NCBI GenBank assembly: GCA_002269645.1
Contig: NIVC01000262.1
Location: 124,001-188,000 of the forward strand
Source: Macrostomum lignano
Lineage: Eukaryota
DNA: 64,000 nucleotides
Direction: 5' to 3'
Below are positions 35,843 through 48,239 of this stretch, piece after piece (the first letter of the stretch is position 1; each line of letters starts with the position of its first letter). A program made the position numbers and the translations under genes. Under the pieces are notes generated by a model, which did not search any database, was not told the origin of the DNA, and saw only the letters and a list, made by a program, of their open reading frames with translations.

Positions 35843-36119
35843 TGTTTTGATGGTTCATGCAATAAATTGAGTCTTCGCAGTAAGCGACTATTTTTCGGCT
35901 ACAGTACTAGCCAAACGAACAAAACAACCAGCCTGCGCACTCTCTCTGGAGAGACTGATAACTATATATTGCAATAATTTTAAATAAATGGGGTGGGTGC
36001 TGCTGAACATTATAAATGGCGGCTGGGGCTGAAACGTACGTATACCAAAATCTCTGATATGAAAGTTACGCGTAGGTGAATGAAAAGTACACTCGTACAT
36101 GTAAGTCATCTCCTAAACA
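35843..36119 (-). repeat. 3' LTR of BEL/Pao element (277 bp)
   Basis: Direct repeat of 41739-42010, adjacent to the polypurine tract GGAAGGAGGGAA. Confidence 0.96.
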
Positions 36120-36769
36120 TTCCCTCCTTCCTGACATAAGATGTCAGCAACAAAAATCGAAAAAGCAGCAATATTGCGAGTAACCGAAAATTGAATAATG
36201 TAACAAGCTTAATTGTGCTGAGCCCTCCAACAGCAAGAAAAAGACCAAAAAACGCGCAAAACAATGCATAACGCAGCAGGATCTTTGTGCGAAAGAATAA
36301 AGACGGCTGGCTAGCCACAACAATAATTATTACGAGCCTATGTCAAAGAGACGCGTGCCTGCAATGAGCTTAAAACTACGAGCAGCAAAAGCTCGCTCTC
36401 TGTTAAACAATCAACACGAAAAAAAACGATCCGATTAACTTGAAAAGCACTAACCTCAAAATTACACGTAAACGAAAAAAATATGAAAATTCAATACAAA
36501 GAAAACGACGCAATGCAAAAAAACGGAAACAACTCATTTGTAAAGAAAAAAAACCTTCACCAGCAAAGAGTCAGAACTAGTCCGAAAAACACTTCCAAAG
36601 AGCGCATGAGCCTGCAACAGGAAAAGCAACATAAGTAATAAATAAGCAAAAATTGCAGAAAAGTAAGTGAAACGGAGGCTATGAACGTCCGAACTAGCAA
36701 AACACAGTAATTACTAAGCCCACTGGCGTTAAACAGTCAGTCTTCTGTCACAGTCTCTGTCACAATCAG

Positions 36770-39700
36770 TTACTCATCAGTTCTTGCTGTCTCAATGACA
36801 CACAGCTTGGACACAGGCCGCACCAGCACAGCCTGACCGACTTGAACCTTGGCCACTCGCACGCGACCGTCTTGACCCGGGAAGACCGAAACCACTCGTC
36901 CTAGCGGCCAGTGACCTCGCGGTGCGTCAGGCTTGATCACTAGCACTACGTCATCTTCCTGCAGGTTTCTCTGTTGGTCGGTCCATTTTGACCTCGGTTG
37001 CAGGCCGGGTAGCCACTCTCGCATCCATCGCCGCCACACATGCGTCACGAGCTCCTGTACCCGTCGCCAGCGCTTTCTTGGACTGATCGCTACCTCTTCC
37101 GATACATCCGGTGCAAACTGCCCTCCGGCTTGTCCGTGCAGAAAATGATTGGGCGTTAACGGTGCCTCGTCCATCGGGTTGGCCGTCTGGCACGTGATTG
37201 GGCGCGAGTTAATGAGCGCCTCTGCACCGGTGATCGCTGAATGCAACTCCTCATCGTTAACATCCGCGTTGCCAAGGATCGCGCTCAGTGCCCGCTTCGC
37301 TGCGCGGATCATTATTTCATGCGCTCCACCAAAATGTGGTGCTGCCGGCGGCTGAAAGCTCCATCTCACTCCGTGCACTGCTGTCTTCTCTTGCCATTTG
37401 GTCTTGTTCACACTTTCCAGTTGCTTGAGCTCTTCTGCTCCTTTTACGAAGTTTCCGCCGTTGTCTGAGTGCATGATCTTTGGCAGACCTCGACGGTTGA
37501 CCATGCGGTATTCAAAAACGAGTCAGTGTCGAGCCCGAAGGTCATCTCTAAATGCACCGCGCGTGTCTCTAGGCACGTGAACAGAGCTATGTAGCGCTTC
37601 TGGCGTCGCTTTCCTCGTCCTTGAATGGTAATGAATGGACCGCCCATGTCGACCGCCACATGCGTGAATGCCTTGAGCGAGAAAGCGAGGCGCGCTTCTG
37701 GCAGCGGTGCCATCTGCTGGGTTGCGGGACGTGCTCGCCGTTTCCTGCAAACTGCACATTCGAGCTCCCACTGACGAATCGCCTCTCTGGCTCCGATGAT
37801 CCAATACTTCGATGCAATTGCGGCCAAGACATCGTTTGTGCCTCCATGTGCTCGCTCCTCATGAAATTTCTTGATTAGCAGCATAGTGATCCGGTGCTTT
37901 CTCGGCAGAATCGCTGGGTGTCTCGCTTGAAACGGTAGCTGCTGACCGAACTTCAGACGACCGTCGACCCTCAGCACTCCAGACGGATCCCTAACGGGCT
38001 GCAAGCACTGCAGCTTCTTGTCACCGCAGCTTTGTCGAGTGAACGCTTCATCCTGTGCGGATTTCACAAGCCGCTCTTCTACATCTTCCAACTCGTCCGC
38101 CTTCAGCTCGCCAATCTCTCGAAACTCTGGACTTTTCCGGCAGTTCCTCAAGAAGCGCAGAACATAAGCCATGACTCGCTGCAGTCTTCTAAAGTCAGAA
38201 AATAGAGTTGGGTCCAACCGCCATCTTTTTCCCATTGTCTCCGCTTCCGCGACGAATGTCCGCCCCTGGCGCTGCTCACTTGGACCCAGGGCGACCATCC
38301 CGTCACGCTTCTTGGCCGAGTTGGAAATCCATTTGCGTGCTCTCATCCCGGCTCGGCTCCACAACTCGGTCAGCTGTTCGTACAATTGGATCGCTTGCGG
38401 CACATCTTTTGCTGAATGTAAGCTATCGTCCATGTACGTAGAACGCAACACAGTCCTCGCCGCCATTGGCAGTTCTTCCTGATGCCGGCGTGCGTTCTCT
38501 TGCGTCACAAACTGGGCCAAAAATGGCGAACAGTTCACACCAAAGACGACGCTTCGGAACTCGTACACCTTCGGCTCCACATCACGATCTACTTCAAGTC
38601 GTCGCCATAGAAACCGAAAGAAGCGCCTGTCTTCAGCGGCCAACCTGATTCTCAAATACATTTCTTCTATGTCACAGGACAGTGCCACTGCATGCATGCG
38701 GAATCTTAGCAGCACCTTAAAGAGATCATTTTGCAGTTTTGGGCCAGCGAAGATGGCATCGTTCAAGCAGATTCCATTGCAGCGTGCTGATGCATCAAAG
38801 ACAATGCGCGTCTTTGTGGTGTCTTTGTTCGCTCGCACTACTGCGAAGTGCGGCAGGTACCACTTACCCGCCACTGGCACTGTGCCGTCAACTTCTTCTA
38901 TGTAACCTTTAACCAGATGTCCGTCAAGCACCTCCTGGTACGCCTTTGCCAGATCTAGATCTTTCCGCAAACGCTTTTCAGTGCACTCTAACCGATGCAG
39001 GGCTGCATTCCTGTTGCTAGGAAATGCCGTTGGATTCGCCTTCCACGGAGTCGTCACTTGATATCGTCCAGCTTCAAACTTCAGGTTTGCTTCAACCATC
39101 TGCACCGCCTTGCGTTCTTCTTCTGACAGCAACGCTCAGGGCGATGTATCCGGCACCTCTTCAACCTCCCAGAATTTCTTTAGCACTTCCGCAACATCTT
39201 CCTCATGCGCCAAACTGAAGAATGATTGCTGACTTTCATCCAAGTTGTCCGCCGACGCCTGATCCAACTGTCCAACACAGGTCCACCCGATTGGCGTTAG
39301 CCTTGCAATCGGTTCACCGGGCAATCCTCCAACTTCTCGACAGGCGAAATGCAGATCTGCATGATCAACTCCAATCAATATGTCGACAGTCTGTTTGCCT
39401 TCAATCTTTTCGAATGGAATGCCGCGCAAGTGGCTCCACTGTCTGGCCAAATTGCTCCAATCGACTGCTTTCAAATCACCTGTCACTCTTTCCGTTGTGT
39501 GCGCTGACACTCTCGCCCGAAAGGTTCCATCTAAACTCCGGATGCCGACCTCCACTGGTGCTGTTTGAAAAGTGCTTACGTGGCCATTCAACACTTTTAC
39601 TTTCATCACCTCCACTTTCCCTTCCAGGTTGAGCTCCGCTGCTATATCCGAGTTCAAGTAGGTACGCGTACTCGCGTCGTCAAGTATGGCGTTGACTCGC

Positions 39701-41676
39701 AGCTCCCGATTACCGTTTGACAGGATCACTGGTACCGTTCTCAAGGAGATAGGTGCTGCACCTTGCGCCAACAACGTACAGGACTCCTGCTGTTTGCTGT
39801 CTTTACCTCCAGCTTGACCGACCGGCTTCTGGGGCTTCTCGCTCGCGCTTGATCGCCCCCCTTCGTGCTTAAACGCCATTGGATTATTGCGGGTCTCATG
39901 CAGCAACCTGTTGTGTCTCGCCTTGCAGTTGTCCACTCCACAGCTCATTCCACGCTTGCAAGCACCGCTTAAGTGATTTTTTCCCAGGCAGCTAAAGCAC
40001 AGTCGCTTCTGTTTTACCACTTCCCACCTGGCCTGCGAATCCATTCTTAGAAACTTCAGACACTTCCACACTCCATGCTTCTCATTGCACAAGCTGCAGC
40101 TTTTTCGTTCCTCATTCTGCTCCCTTCTATTGTCACTCACGTTGACTCTGCCGCCAAAGTGCGTGCGCCCCGGCTCTCCACGGCCTTGTCGTGCTTTCGG
40201 TTGTGACTCTCCAGTAACTCCTTTTACCGCTTCCATGGCTACCGTCTGGTACTCTGCCTCAGCCAACAACCATTGGTGCAGCACACTCAGCGAGTCTTCT
40301 CGTCTCCCTTCTCCGACCCACCGATGGAATCGTGCAAGCATGTCGGCTTGGAGTTTCTTTTGCACTCTCAAATAGAGCAGACCGTTGCTATTAAGCTCCA
40401 CTTCTCTGCCTGCCACCTTCAAATTCACCACGGTGACATCGAGCAAATCGGCCAGCTGCTTCAACCGGGACGGGTTCTCCACTTGGATCGGTGGAAAATT
40501 ATCCAGCTCCTCCAGTGCTAACACCAACCTACGCCGCTCTCCACCATACTCCCGCTCAAGCCTTTCCAGAGCCGCTTTGTAGGCGAACTCCGAGTAGCCA
40601 AGATTCGCAACAAGTTTTAATGCCTCTCCTCGCAGCGACTAGCGCAATTGCAACAACTTATAGGCCTCTGAAGATGGCGAGGCATGCACGCAGGCATAGA
40701 AAGCCGCCCGCCATCCTTCAAACTCCCGTTTGTCTCCACTAAACACCGGTATCGCAACTCTCTGCAACTGCCTCCACATATCCTGACCGATTCTCTCCTC
40801 AGCTCAAGCTTTCGCTGTACATTCTGCTGCGGCGGCCGGTGAAGCCCCAATTGGCGAATTAGCTCCACCGTACATAGCTTGGATACCTAGCTGTCCGCGG
40901 GGTTGGTTAGAATCAGCGTGGTCACACTTGCCGCCAGTTGGGGTGGGTGGTATTGATTTTTCTCCGGCCTTTACTCTCTCACCCCCTTGCTCAGCGCTCC
41001 TTAGTTGATCTGACACTCCCCCAATTAAGGGGTTGACTGAAGGGTCGGCTTGAACCATGGGGTTGGCGACTGGTACTGAGTACGCAGCTTGCGATTGGAC
41101 GGCCGCTTCTACCCGTAGTTGAGAGGAGTACAATTGATCATTTGCACTCGCTGACGTCTCTGCCAGTCTTAGCGCATCCAATCTGACATCTAACTCGCGC
41201 TGCCTCTCTGCAAACTCCTGCTGCATTCTGCGCTCCTCCTCCTCCATCTCTATCCGCTGCCGCCTGACTGCCTCCAACTCCTTCTGTCGCATCTCTTTCT
41301 GCTCGATCTCCCTCGACTCTAGTCGCACCTCTCGTTCCCTCTTGCGCAATTCTCTTAGCAAATTTACAATCTCACCGTACTCAGTCTCCAGCTTTTCCAA
41401 CTCCTTTACTGTCTGGACTTGCACTGGTAGATTCCCGACGACCTTGGGCAGAATCGCTTGTAGCACCGCACTAACTCGCTCGTAGTGGTCATCCAGAGTG
41501 CCGGCCAGCGGTTCCACGTCCGCCAAAGTAGCTCCGTCCGAGCCCAATACCTTCAGTAGACGATTCCGTTGCTTCGTGAACGCGCACTTGTCGACCGCTT
41601 TTCTGGCCTTCAGCGAAATGAGACGGCTGTCTCCCTCCGGCACTTGTTCTTGCGTCTCTGCTTCTTCATCAGACAT
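36770..41676 (-). pseudogene. BEL/Pao gag-pol polyprotein, disrupted
   Basis: Triple Cys/His knuckles (CSLCNEKH..C, CFSCLGKNH..C, CGVDNCKARH), protease LDDAST, RT YMDD, integrase HEERAH..CAVC, SDNGGNF, GHWPLGRV. Frameshifts at ~40870-40530 and ~37500, stop at 39136-39138. The RT-to-RNase H segment after KWISNS appears deleted. Confidence 0.92.
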
Positions 41677-41718
41677 TTTTTACCAATGAAGTAGAACCAC
41701 AAGTAGAACCACAAGTAG

Positions 41719-41736
41719 AACCACGCTCTGCTACCA
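41719..41736 (-). promoter_or_regulatory. Primer-binding site complementary to initiator tRNA-Met 3' end
   Basis: TGGTAGCAGAGCGTGGTT, 2 nt after the LTR. The TGGTAGCAGAG core matches animal tRNAi-Met (..CUCUGCUACCA). Confidence 0.8.
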
Positions 41737-41738
41737 GA

Positions 41739-42010
41739 TGTTTTGATGGTTCATGCAATAAATTGAGTCTTCGCAGTAAGCGACTATTTTTCGGCTACTA
41801 GCCAAACGAACAAAACAACCAGCCTGCGCACTCTCTCTGGAGAGACTGATAACTATATATTGCAATAATTTTAAATAAATGGGGTGGGTGCTGCTGAACA
41901 TTATAAATGGCGGCTGGGGCTGAAACGTACGTATACCAAAATCTCTGATATGAAAGTTACGCGTAGGTGAATGAAAAGTACACTCGTACATGTAAGCCAT
42001 CTCCTAAACA
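41739..42010 (-). repeat. 5' LTR of BEL/Pao element (272 bp)
   Basis: Direct repeat of 35843-36119, followed on the minus strand by the PBS. Confidence 0.96.
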
Positions 42011-42074
42011 AGTAGTGCAAAATTATTTTTTTATTAAAACACCTTAAAAACACAAAATGCTAAAAATAAAAAGC

Positions 42075-43160
42075 GCAATGTCAAACATAAAAGAGCGACC
42101 ACGTCAAACATAAAAGAGCCACCTTATCAAACATAAAAGAGCTACCATGTCACACTTTAAAGAGCCATCATGCCAAACATAAAAGAGCCACCATGTCGAA
42201 CATAAAAGAGCCACCATGCCAAACATAAAAGAGCCATCATGTCAAACATAAAAGAGCCACCATGTCGAACATTAAAGAGCCACGTTTTAAAACATTAAAG
42301 AGCCACCATGTCAAACATATACGTGACTCCATGTCAAACATTAAACATAAAAGAGAAACCATGCCACACATAAGGGAGCCACCATGTTAAACATTAAAGA
42401 GCCACTTTGTCGAATATATACGTGACTCCATGTCAAACATACATGTGATTTCATGTCAAACATAAAAGAGCCAACATGTCAAACATAAAAGAGCCACCAT
42501 GTCAACCATATACGTGACTCCATATCGAACATATACGTGACACTATTTCAAACATTAAAGAGCCACCATATCAAACATAAAAGAACCACCATGTCAAACA
42601 TAAAAGAATCACCACGTCAAACATATAAGTGACCCCATATCAAACATAAAAGTGCCACAATTTCAAATATTAAAAAGCCACCACGTCGAACATTTAAGAG
42701 CCACCATGTCAAACATTAAAGAGACACCATGTCAAACATAAAAGAACCATCATGTCAAACATAAAAGAACCACCATATCAAACATATACGTGACTCCATG
42801 TCAAACATATACGTGACTCCATGTCAAACTTAAAGAGACACCATGTCAAACATAAAAGAGCTACCATGACGAACATATACGTGACTCCATGTCGAACATA
42901 TACGTGACTCCATGTCGAACATATACGTGACTCCATTTCAAACATAAAGGAGCCACCATTTCAAACAAAAAATAACCACCATGTCAAACATTAAAGAGGC
43001 ACACTATCAAACATAAAAGAGCCATTATGTCAAACATAAAAGAGCCGCCATGTAAAACATTAAAGAGCCACCATGTCAAACATAAAAGAGCCACTATGTC
43101 AAACATTAAAGAGCCAACATTTGAAACATAAAAAGAACTGTCATGCCAAACAAAATGGAG
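42075..43160 (+). repeat. Minisatellite C (~23 bp, ATGTCAAACATAAAAGAGCCACC)
   Basis: Degenerate tandem array; reverse-complement array at ~44140-44960. Confidence 0.93.
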
Positions 43161-43214
43161 CCACTATAAAGCTAAGGAAATTATTGCACTAGCTACTTGT
43201 TCTCTGGTGGATGC

Positions 43215-43614
43215 TTGCTATTTAAGGATGGATACTTGCTATCAGGGGGATGCTTGCTATCTGAGGGATGCTTGCTATTGGGGGGACGCTTGCTACTGGG
43301 GTAACCTGCTATTGGGAGATGCTTGCTCTTGGGGGGTGGAGGGTACTTGCTATCTGAGAGGGGGTTGCTAGATATCTATAAGGTCTCTTTGTATCTAGGT
43401 TATGCTTGCTATCTGAGGTTGCTTGCCGTCTGGGGGATGCTTGCTATCTGGGGTTGCTTGCGGTCTGGGGGATGCTTGCTATCTGGGGGATGCTTGTTAT
43501 CTGGGGGATGCTTGCTATCTGGGGGATGCTTGCTGTCTGGGGGATGCTTGCTTGCTGTCTGGGCGATGCTTGCTGTGGATGCTAGCTGTCTGGGGGGGAC
43601 GCTTGCTGTCTTCG
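43215..43614 (+). repeat. Minisatellite D (~18 bp, GGGGGATGCTTGCTATCT)
   Basis: Degenerate tandem array; reverse-complement copy at ~43730-44075. Confidence 0.9.
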
Positions 43615-45513
43615 CCCCCCGATGGGGACATCTGGATAGAATCCTTGTTTCTTTACAAATAACAAATAGACAGCGAAATAAAGCCTTCATAAAAAGCAGA
43701 CATTCCCTCTAAAAACAAAACATCCCAACCGAAGACAGCAAGCATCCCCAGACAGCATTCAAGCCTCGATCCCCAAATAGCAAGCATCCCCCAGGCAGAC
43801 TGCAAGCATCCCCCAGATAGCAAGCATCCCCCAGATAGCAAGCATCTCCCAGACGGCAAGCAACCTCAGATAGCAATCATAACCTAGATACAAAGAGACC
43901 TTATAGATATCTAGCAACCCCCTCTCAGATAGCAAGTACCCTCCACCCCCCAAGAGCAAGCATCTCCCAATAGCAGGTTACCCCAGTAGCAAGCGTGCCC
44001 CCAATAGCAAGCATCCATCAGATAGCAAGCATCCCCCTGATAGCAAGTATCCATCCTTAAATAGCAAGCATCCACCAGAGAAAAAGCAGCTAGTGCAACA
44101 ATATCCTTAGCTTTATAGTGGCTCCATTTTGTTTGGCATGACACTTTTTTTATGTTTGAAACGGTTTCTCTTTAATGTTTGACATGGCGGCTCTTCTATG
44201 CTAGAAATGGTGTCTCTTCTATATTTGACATGGTGGCTCTTTTGTGTTTGACATAATAGCTCTTTAATGTTTGACATGGTGGCTCTTTAATGTTGACATT
44301 GTGGCTCTTTAATGTTTGAAATGGAGTCATGTATATGTTTGACATGGTGGCTCTTTTATGTTCGACATGGTGTCAATTCAATGTTTGACATGGAGTCACG
44401 TATGTTTGAAATGGTGTCTCTTCAATGTTTGACATGGTGGCTCTTTTATGTTTGGCATGGTGGCTCTTTAATGTTTGACATGGAGTCACCTATATGTTTG
44501 ACATGGTGGCTTTTTATGTTTTGCATGGTGGCTCTTTTATGTTTCACAAGGTGCTCTTTTATGTTTGGCATGGTGGCTCTTTTATGTTTGACATGGTGGC
44601 TCTTTAACGTTTGACATGGTGGCACTTTAATGTTCGACATGGTGTCTCTTTAATGTTTGACATGGAGTCACGTATATGTGTCACATGATAGATCTTTTAT
44701 GTTCGACATGGTGCTCTTTTATGCTTGACATGGTAGCTCTTTTATGTTTGACATGATGGCCCTTTTATGTCTGACATGGTGGTTCTTTATGTTTGAAATG
44801 GTAGCTTTTTATGTTTGACATGGTGGCTCTTTAGGCTTGACATGGTGGCTCTTTAATGTTTGACATGGATTCACGTATATGTTTGACATGGTGGCTCTAT
44901 AATGTTTGACATGGTGGCTCTATAATGTTTGACATGGTGCCACTTTTATGTGTGACATTGCATTGTGCTTCTTTTGTGTTTAGTATTTTTTGTTTTTAAG
45001 GTGTTTTAATAAAAAAATCACTTTGCACTCCTAAGATTCGAACCCAGGTCGCTACATTAGCAGTCCAGTCTGTTCGCATCTAGGCTATCTCTTTTCAATT
45101 GGAGAACATGAATTGCTGCCCTTATAACTCAATTCTTACAGCAAGTCGGTTAGACTAAAAAGTTATGACATAATCAATTTCTCAGTCAGCCAGTATCAGT
45201 CTCAATTTAAGTTAGCAATATTGGTTACGCAATTTAAATCAAGTCGTGTGTGCATTTCTTCGGCACTGTTTTCAACTTGTTGTGATGCAATCATTATCAG
45301 AATTGAAATTCAGTCAGTCAGGTTTTTCTCTAGCATTCTTACAATGCATTTCAAGTCGGAAATTTTGCTTGACCTTTGCAAAAATCATGTTTTTCGAATA
45401 TTTAATCCCTTTAACATTGAGCAATTTCTTAGCCAAGATGCATGTACCGTGTCAGGAAAATTTCTGATCGAATGGTGAAGTTTAAACAAAATCGGTTGAG
45501 CCATTTTTTCTGA
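43613..45513 (-). mobile_element. Non-autonomous Helitron 'W' (~1.9 kb)
   Basis: Minus-strand start TCAGAAAAAATGGCTCAACC right after the CTAG of X. Backbone, tRNA-like module (45035-45093), minisatellites C and D. Hairpin CCCCATCGGGGGGCG at ~43613-43628 with the terminal ..CTAG missing. Confidence 0.78.
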
Positions 45514-48239
45514 CTAGCAATCTAGCGCCCCTCTTCGGGGTGGCCAATAAGCAAGGGACGAATCCTTTAAAATGAAAAGAATTCTTAGGGAGGGGGGCTA
45601 GGAATCGAATTCTTATTTTAATTCTGGGCTTATGTACCAATAAAACATGCTTGTGCAGAATTTTATAACTGACATTGACAATTCAACCATACTTGCCTTC
45701 TTTCAGAGCAATTGCGTACTACTTCTACCAGTACGCTCTGCAATGGCTGGAAAAGCAGCAACAGCAAAAAATATTGTTACCCAAAGGCAACAACACAGTT
45801 GCCTATCATGCAGAGGCGTCATTGGCGTTGGACCAAGTTTAGTTGTGTACGCTTAACTGTTTTAATATTTGCATACAAACATTGGCGTCGGCTATTGTGA
45901 CTGGAGCCAGTGGTTATTTGATAGTGGATATTGCCTGGTACAATGACTTACATTAATTTGTTCGACTTGCTTAAAGTTATTGTGTCCGTAATTTAGATTT
46001 TTTACTTTTGTACTTTTATTTGTGACTCAAATAGCCAATACTTTCGCATAGCCTAATAATTCCTTTTAGCTACAGTTCTTTATTGCAGTTCGCATGTGCC
46101 CCAACCCTTTTCATCTTTATTCACTCACAGGGTAATTACGAGCGTAAAATGCAATTTTAATTTCACTTACTCAAATCTAGGAACTTGTAGTTTTCTAGCA
46201 GGTTTTCATTTTAGTTATTTTACGACTTTGCTTGACCCATTTTGCAAATCATGCAACTTTGAAATACATGGACTCAGTCTGGTTAATTGATGCAATATAT
46301 CTGTGCGACTCGTAGACTAAATTCGTCATCGATAACTACGGAAATAAGTGTGTGATTAATGTATAGATTTAAAATGTTAAAACGAACCCAGTCTTCTGTC
46401 TGTTTACAAATTTGTTCGCTATGGTCTCTATGGCTATGGACGCTATAATAGCTTTTTCTGGCATTGGGCCACTCTCACTCACTCATTACCCCAGATCTTA
46501 GGGGATACGCGGCATAGGCCAGCGTACATAGCATGTATTGTGCTAGGAATAAATTCGAGTTCGTTGGCGCCCCAGTCCAGAGGCTTGGTAAAAATTTCTC
46601 AACCAAACTTCTAGCTGCCTGACAAGACTGTACTATCATATACGCCTACCTATTCCCCCAGGGGGGACACGCCCGTGTACTTAGCAATGTACAGTGTCGG
46701 AATAACTTCTTCATTTTCGCCCCAGCCGGTGGTGAGGGGCGCAGTCATTGGCGGAAACGAATAGAACAAACATATTACGCTCGTACTAAATGTACTAAAA
46801 GTAAAACAATGCAACCTACAGCCAACATATTGATCACACGCCCAAACCTGCATTTAATGTAATCCAACTATACTAAATCTATAACTAACCAACCAAAAAT
46901 TAGAATGGCTGATAAGAAATATTCAGTAAAATTTTCTACATATTTAATGCAGAAGCTACTTTTTTAAAATGCTTTAGCTACAGTCACAAATTAGGGCGCA
47001 GTCTCCCATTAATTAGTAACAAATAATCCTTTTCTCTGCGTATTTGGACAAAGAACAAGAACAACTCTGCACTGTAATTACAAAAGCAAATTTATAAACC
47101 CAATCAACTGCAAGTAGTCCTTTTATTTATTCTGTATATTTACAATTTCAAAGTCATAAATTACTTACTCTGTATATTCACAACTGCAAAGTCATAAAAG
47201 GATAAGATTTAAGGTGTTTTTGCAGAAGGCTTCGCCAACAAGATGGTACCATTGCACAAATTCTGTTACGAATTTTTCATTGGTGTCAATCTTACCACCT
47301 GTTGGCTTGCTTTAGTCTGCACAGCTGGACAGAGGCATTCACTTAGGGCATGTAAATTTCGGGCATTACTAATGAGCAACCATCACAAGCCATCAGTTAA
47401 AGCCATCACAAGAGACTATCTGGGGTTTGCAAAGGCTGCTTCAAACCCCCTCTGGCTGCATTTGCATGTACGAGGGCCATTCCAAAAGTTCATGCAATCA
47501 GATATTTTCTCCCACCACAAAAGGCTGCTAGTTTGAGCTTCTATCACCGCACTACCAGACTCTCTGGCCGAAGCCCTCAGCAGAATATGGACATGACTCT
47601 TACTGAACTATCAAGACTGTCTCTGGCTCAACCCCTCAATCAGAATATTAATCAGAATTTTCCTGTCGCTTGGGACAAGACTCTTATTGAGCTTTTACCA
47701 TCGAATTATTACGTCTATCTCCTGCTCAACTCCTCAATCAGAACATTAATTGATTGAATTTCCATATCGCCTGGAAAATGAGTCCAATAATTTCACAAAT
47801 TAGTAGAATTCAAACTCTAATCAACGGGGATACTGATACAAAGTCTGTTCCTTAATCTGCACAAATGCACCGGTAATTACCATGAACTTCTGGATTGCCC
47901 ACGTATTAGAGTGGACAAAATCTACCAGGGACATACAAAAGCAGCGAAACGTCCATTTCAACCAACTCTCTGTCAGGCCCAGCACTTCTGCAGCCAGCCT
48001 GCTATCAACATTGGCAATGGCAAAAATACACCCTGCGATAATTTAACACTTCATCCTTAATGTTCTAATGAAATTAGCTAAAATTCTTAGAACTCCCATT
48101 AGCTGAAATTCTCAGAAATCCCATTAGCTGAAATTCTCATAAACCATATTAGCTGAAATTCTCAGATCCCAGATCTGAGATCTCAGATTCTCAGATTCTC
48201 AGATTCTGAGATCTCAGATTATCAGATCTGAGACTTTAT

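Larger units (their letters stand above)
35843..42010 (-). mobile_element. BEL/Pao LTR retrotransposon, 6168 bp, internally deleted
   Basis: TG..CA LTRs at 35843-36119 and 41739-42010 differ by one substitution and one 5-bp indel. TSD AGTAG, PBS 41719-41736, PPT 36120-36135. Confidence 0.96.
35352..43614 (+). mobile_element. Non-autonomous Helitron 'V' (sister of W), interrupted by BEL/Pao and 3'-truncated
   Basis: Begins TCAGATGGCTCAACC. Backbone plus tRNA-like module (35770-35836); resumes at 42011 after the BEL insertion; minisatellites C and D. Confidence 0.75.

Noticed and set aside
36136-36770. env-like gene in the BEL 3' region
   Set aside because: Only a short low-complexity T-rich ORF; no fusion-protein features.
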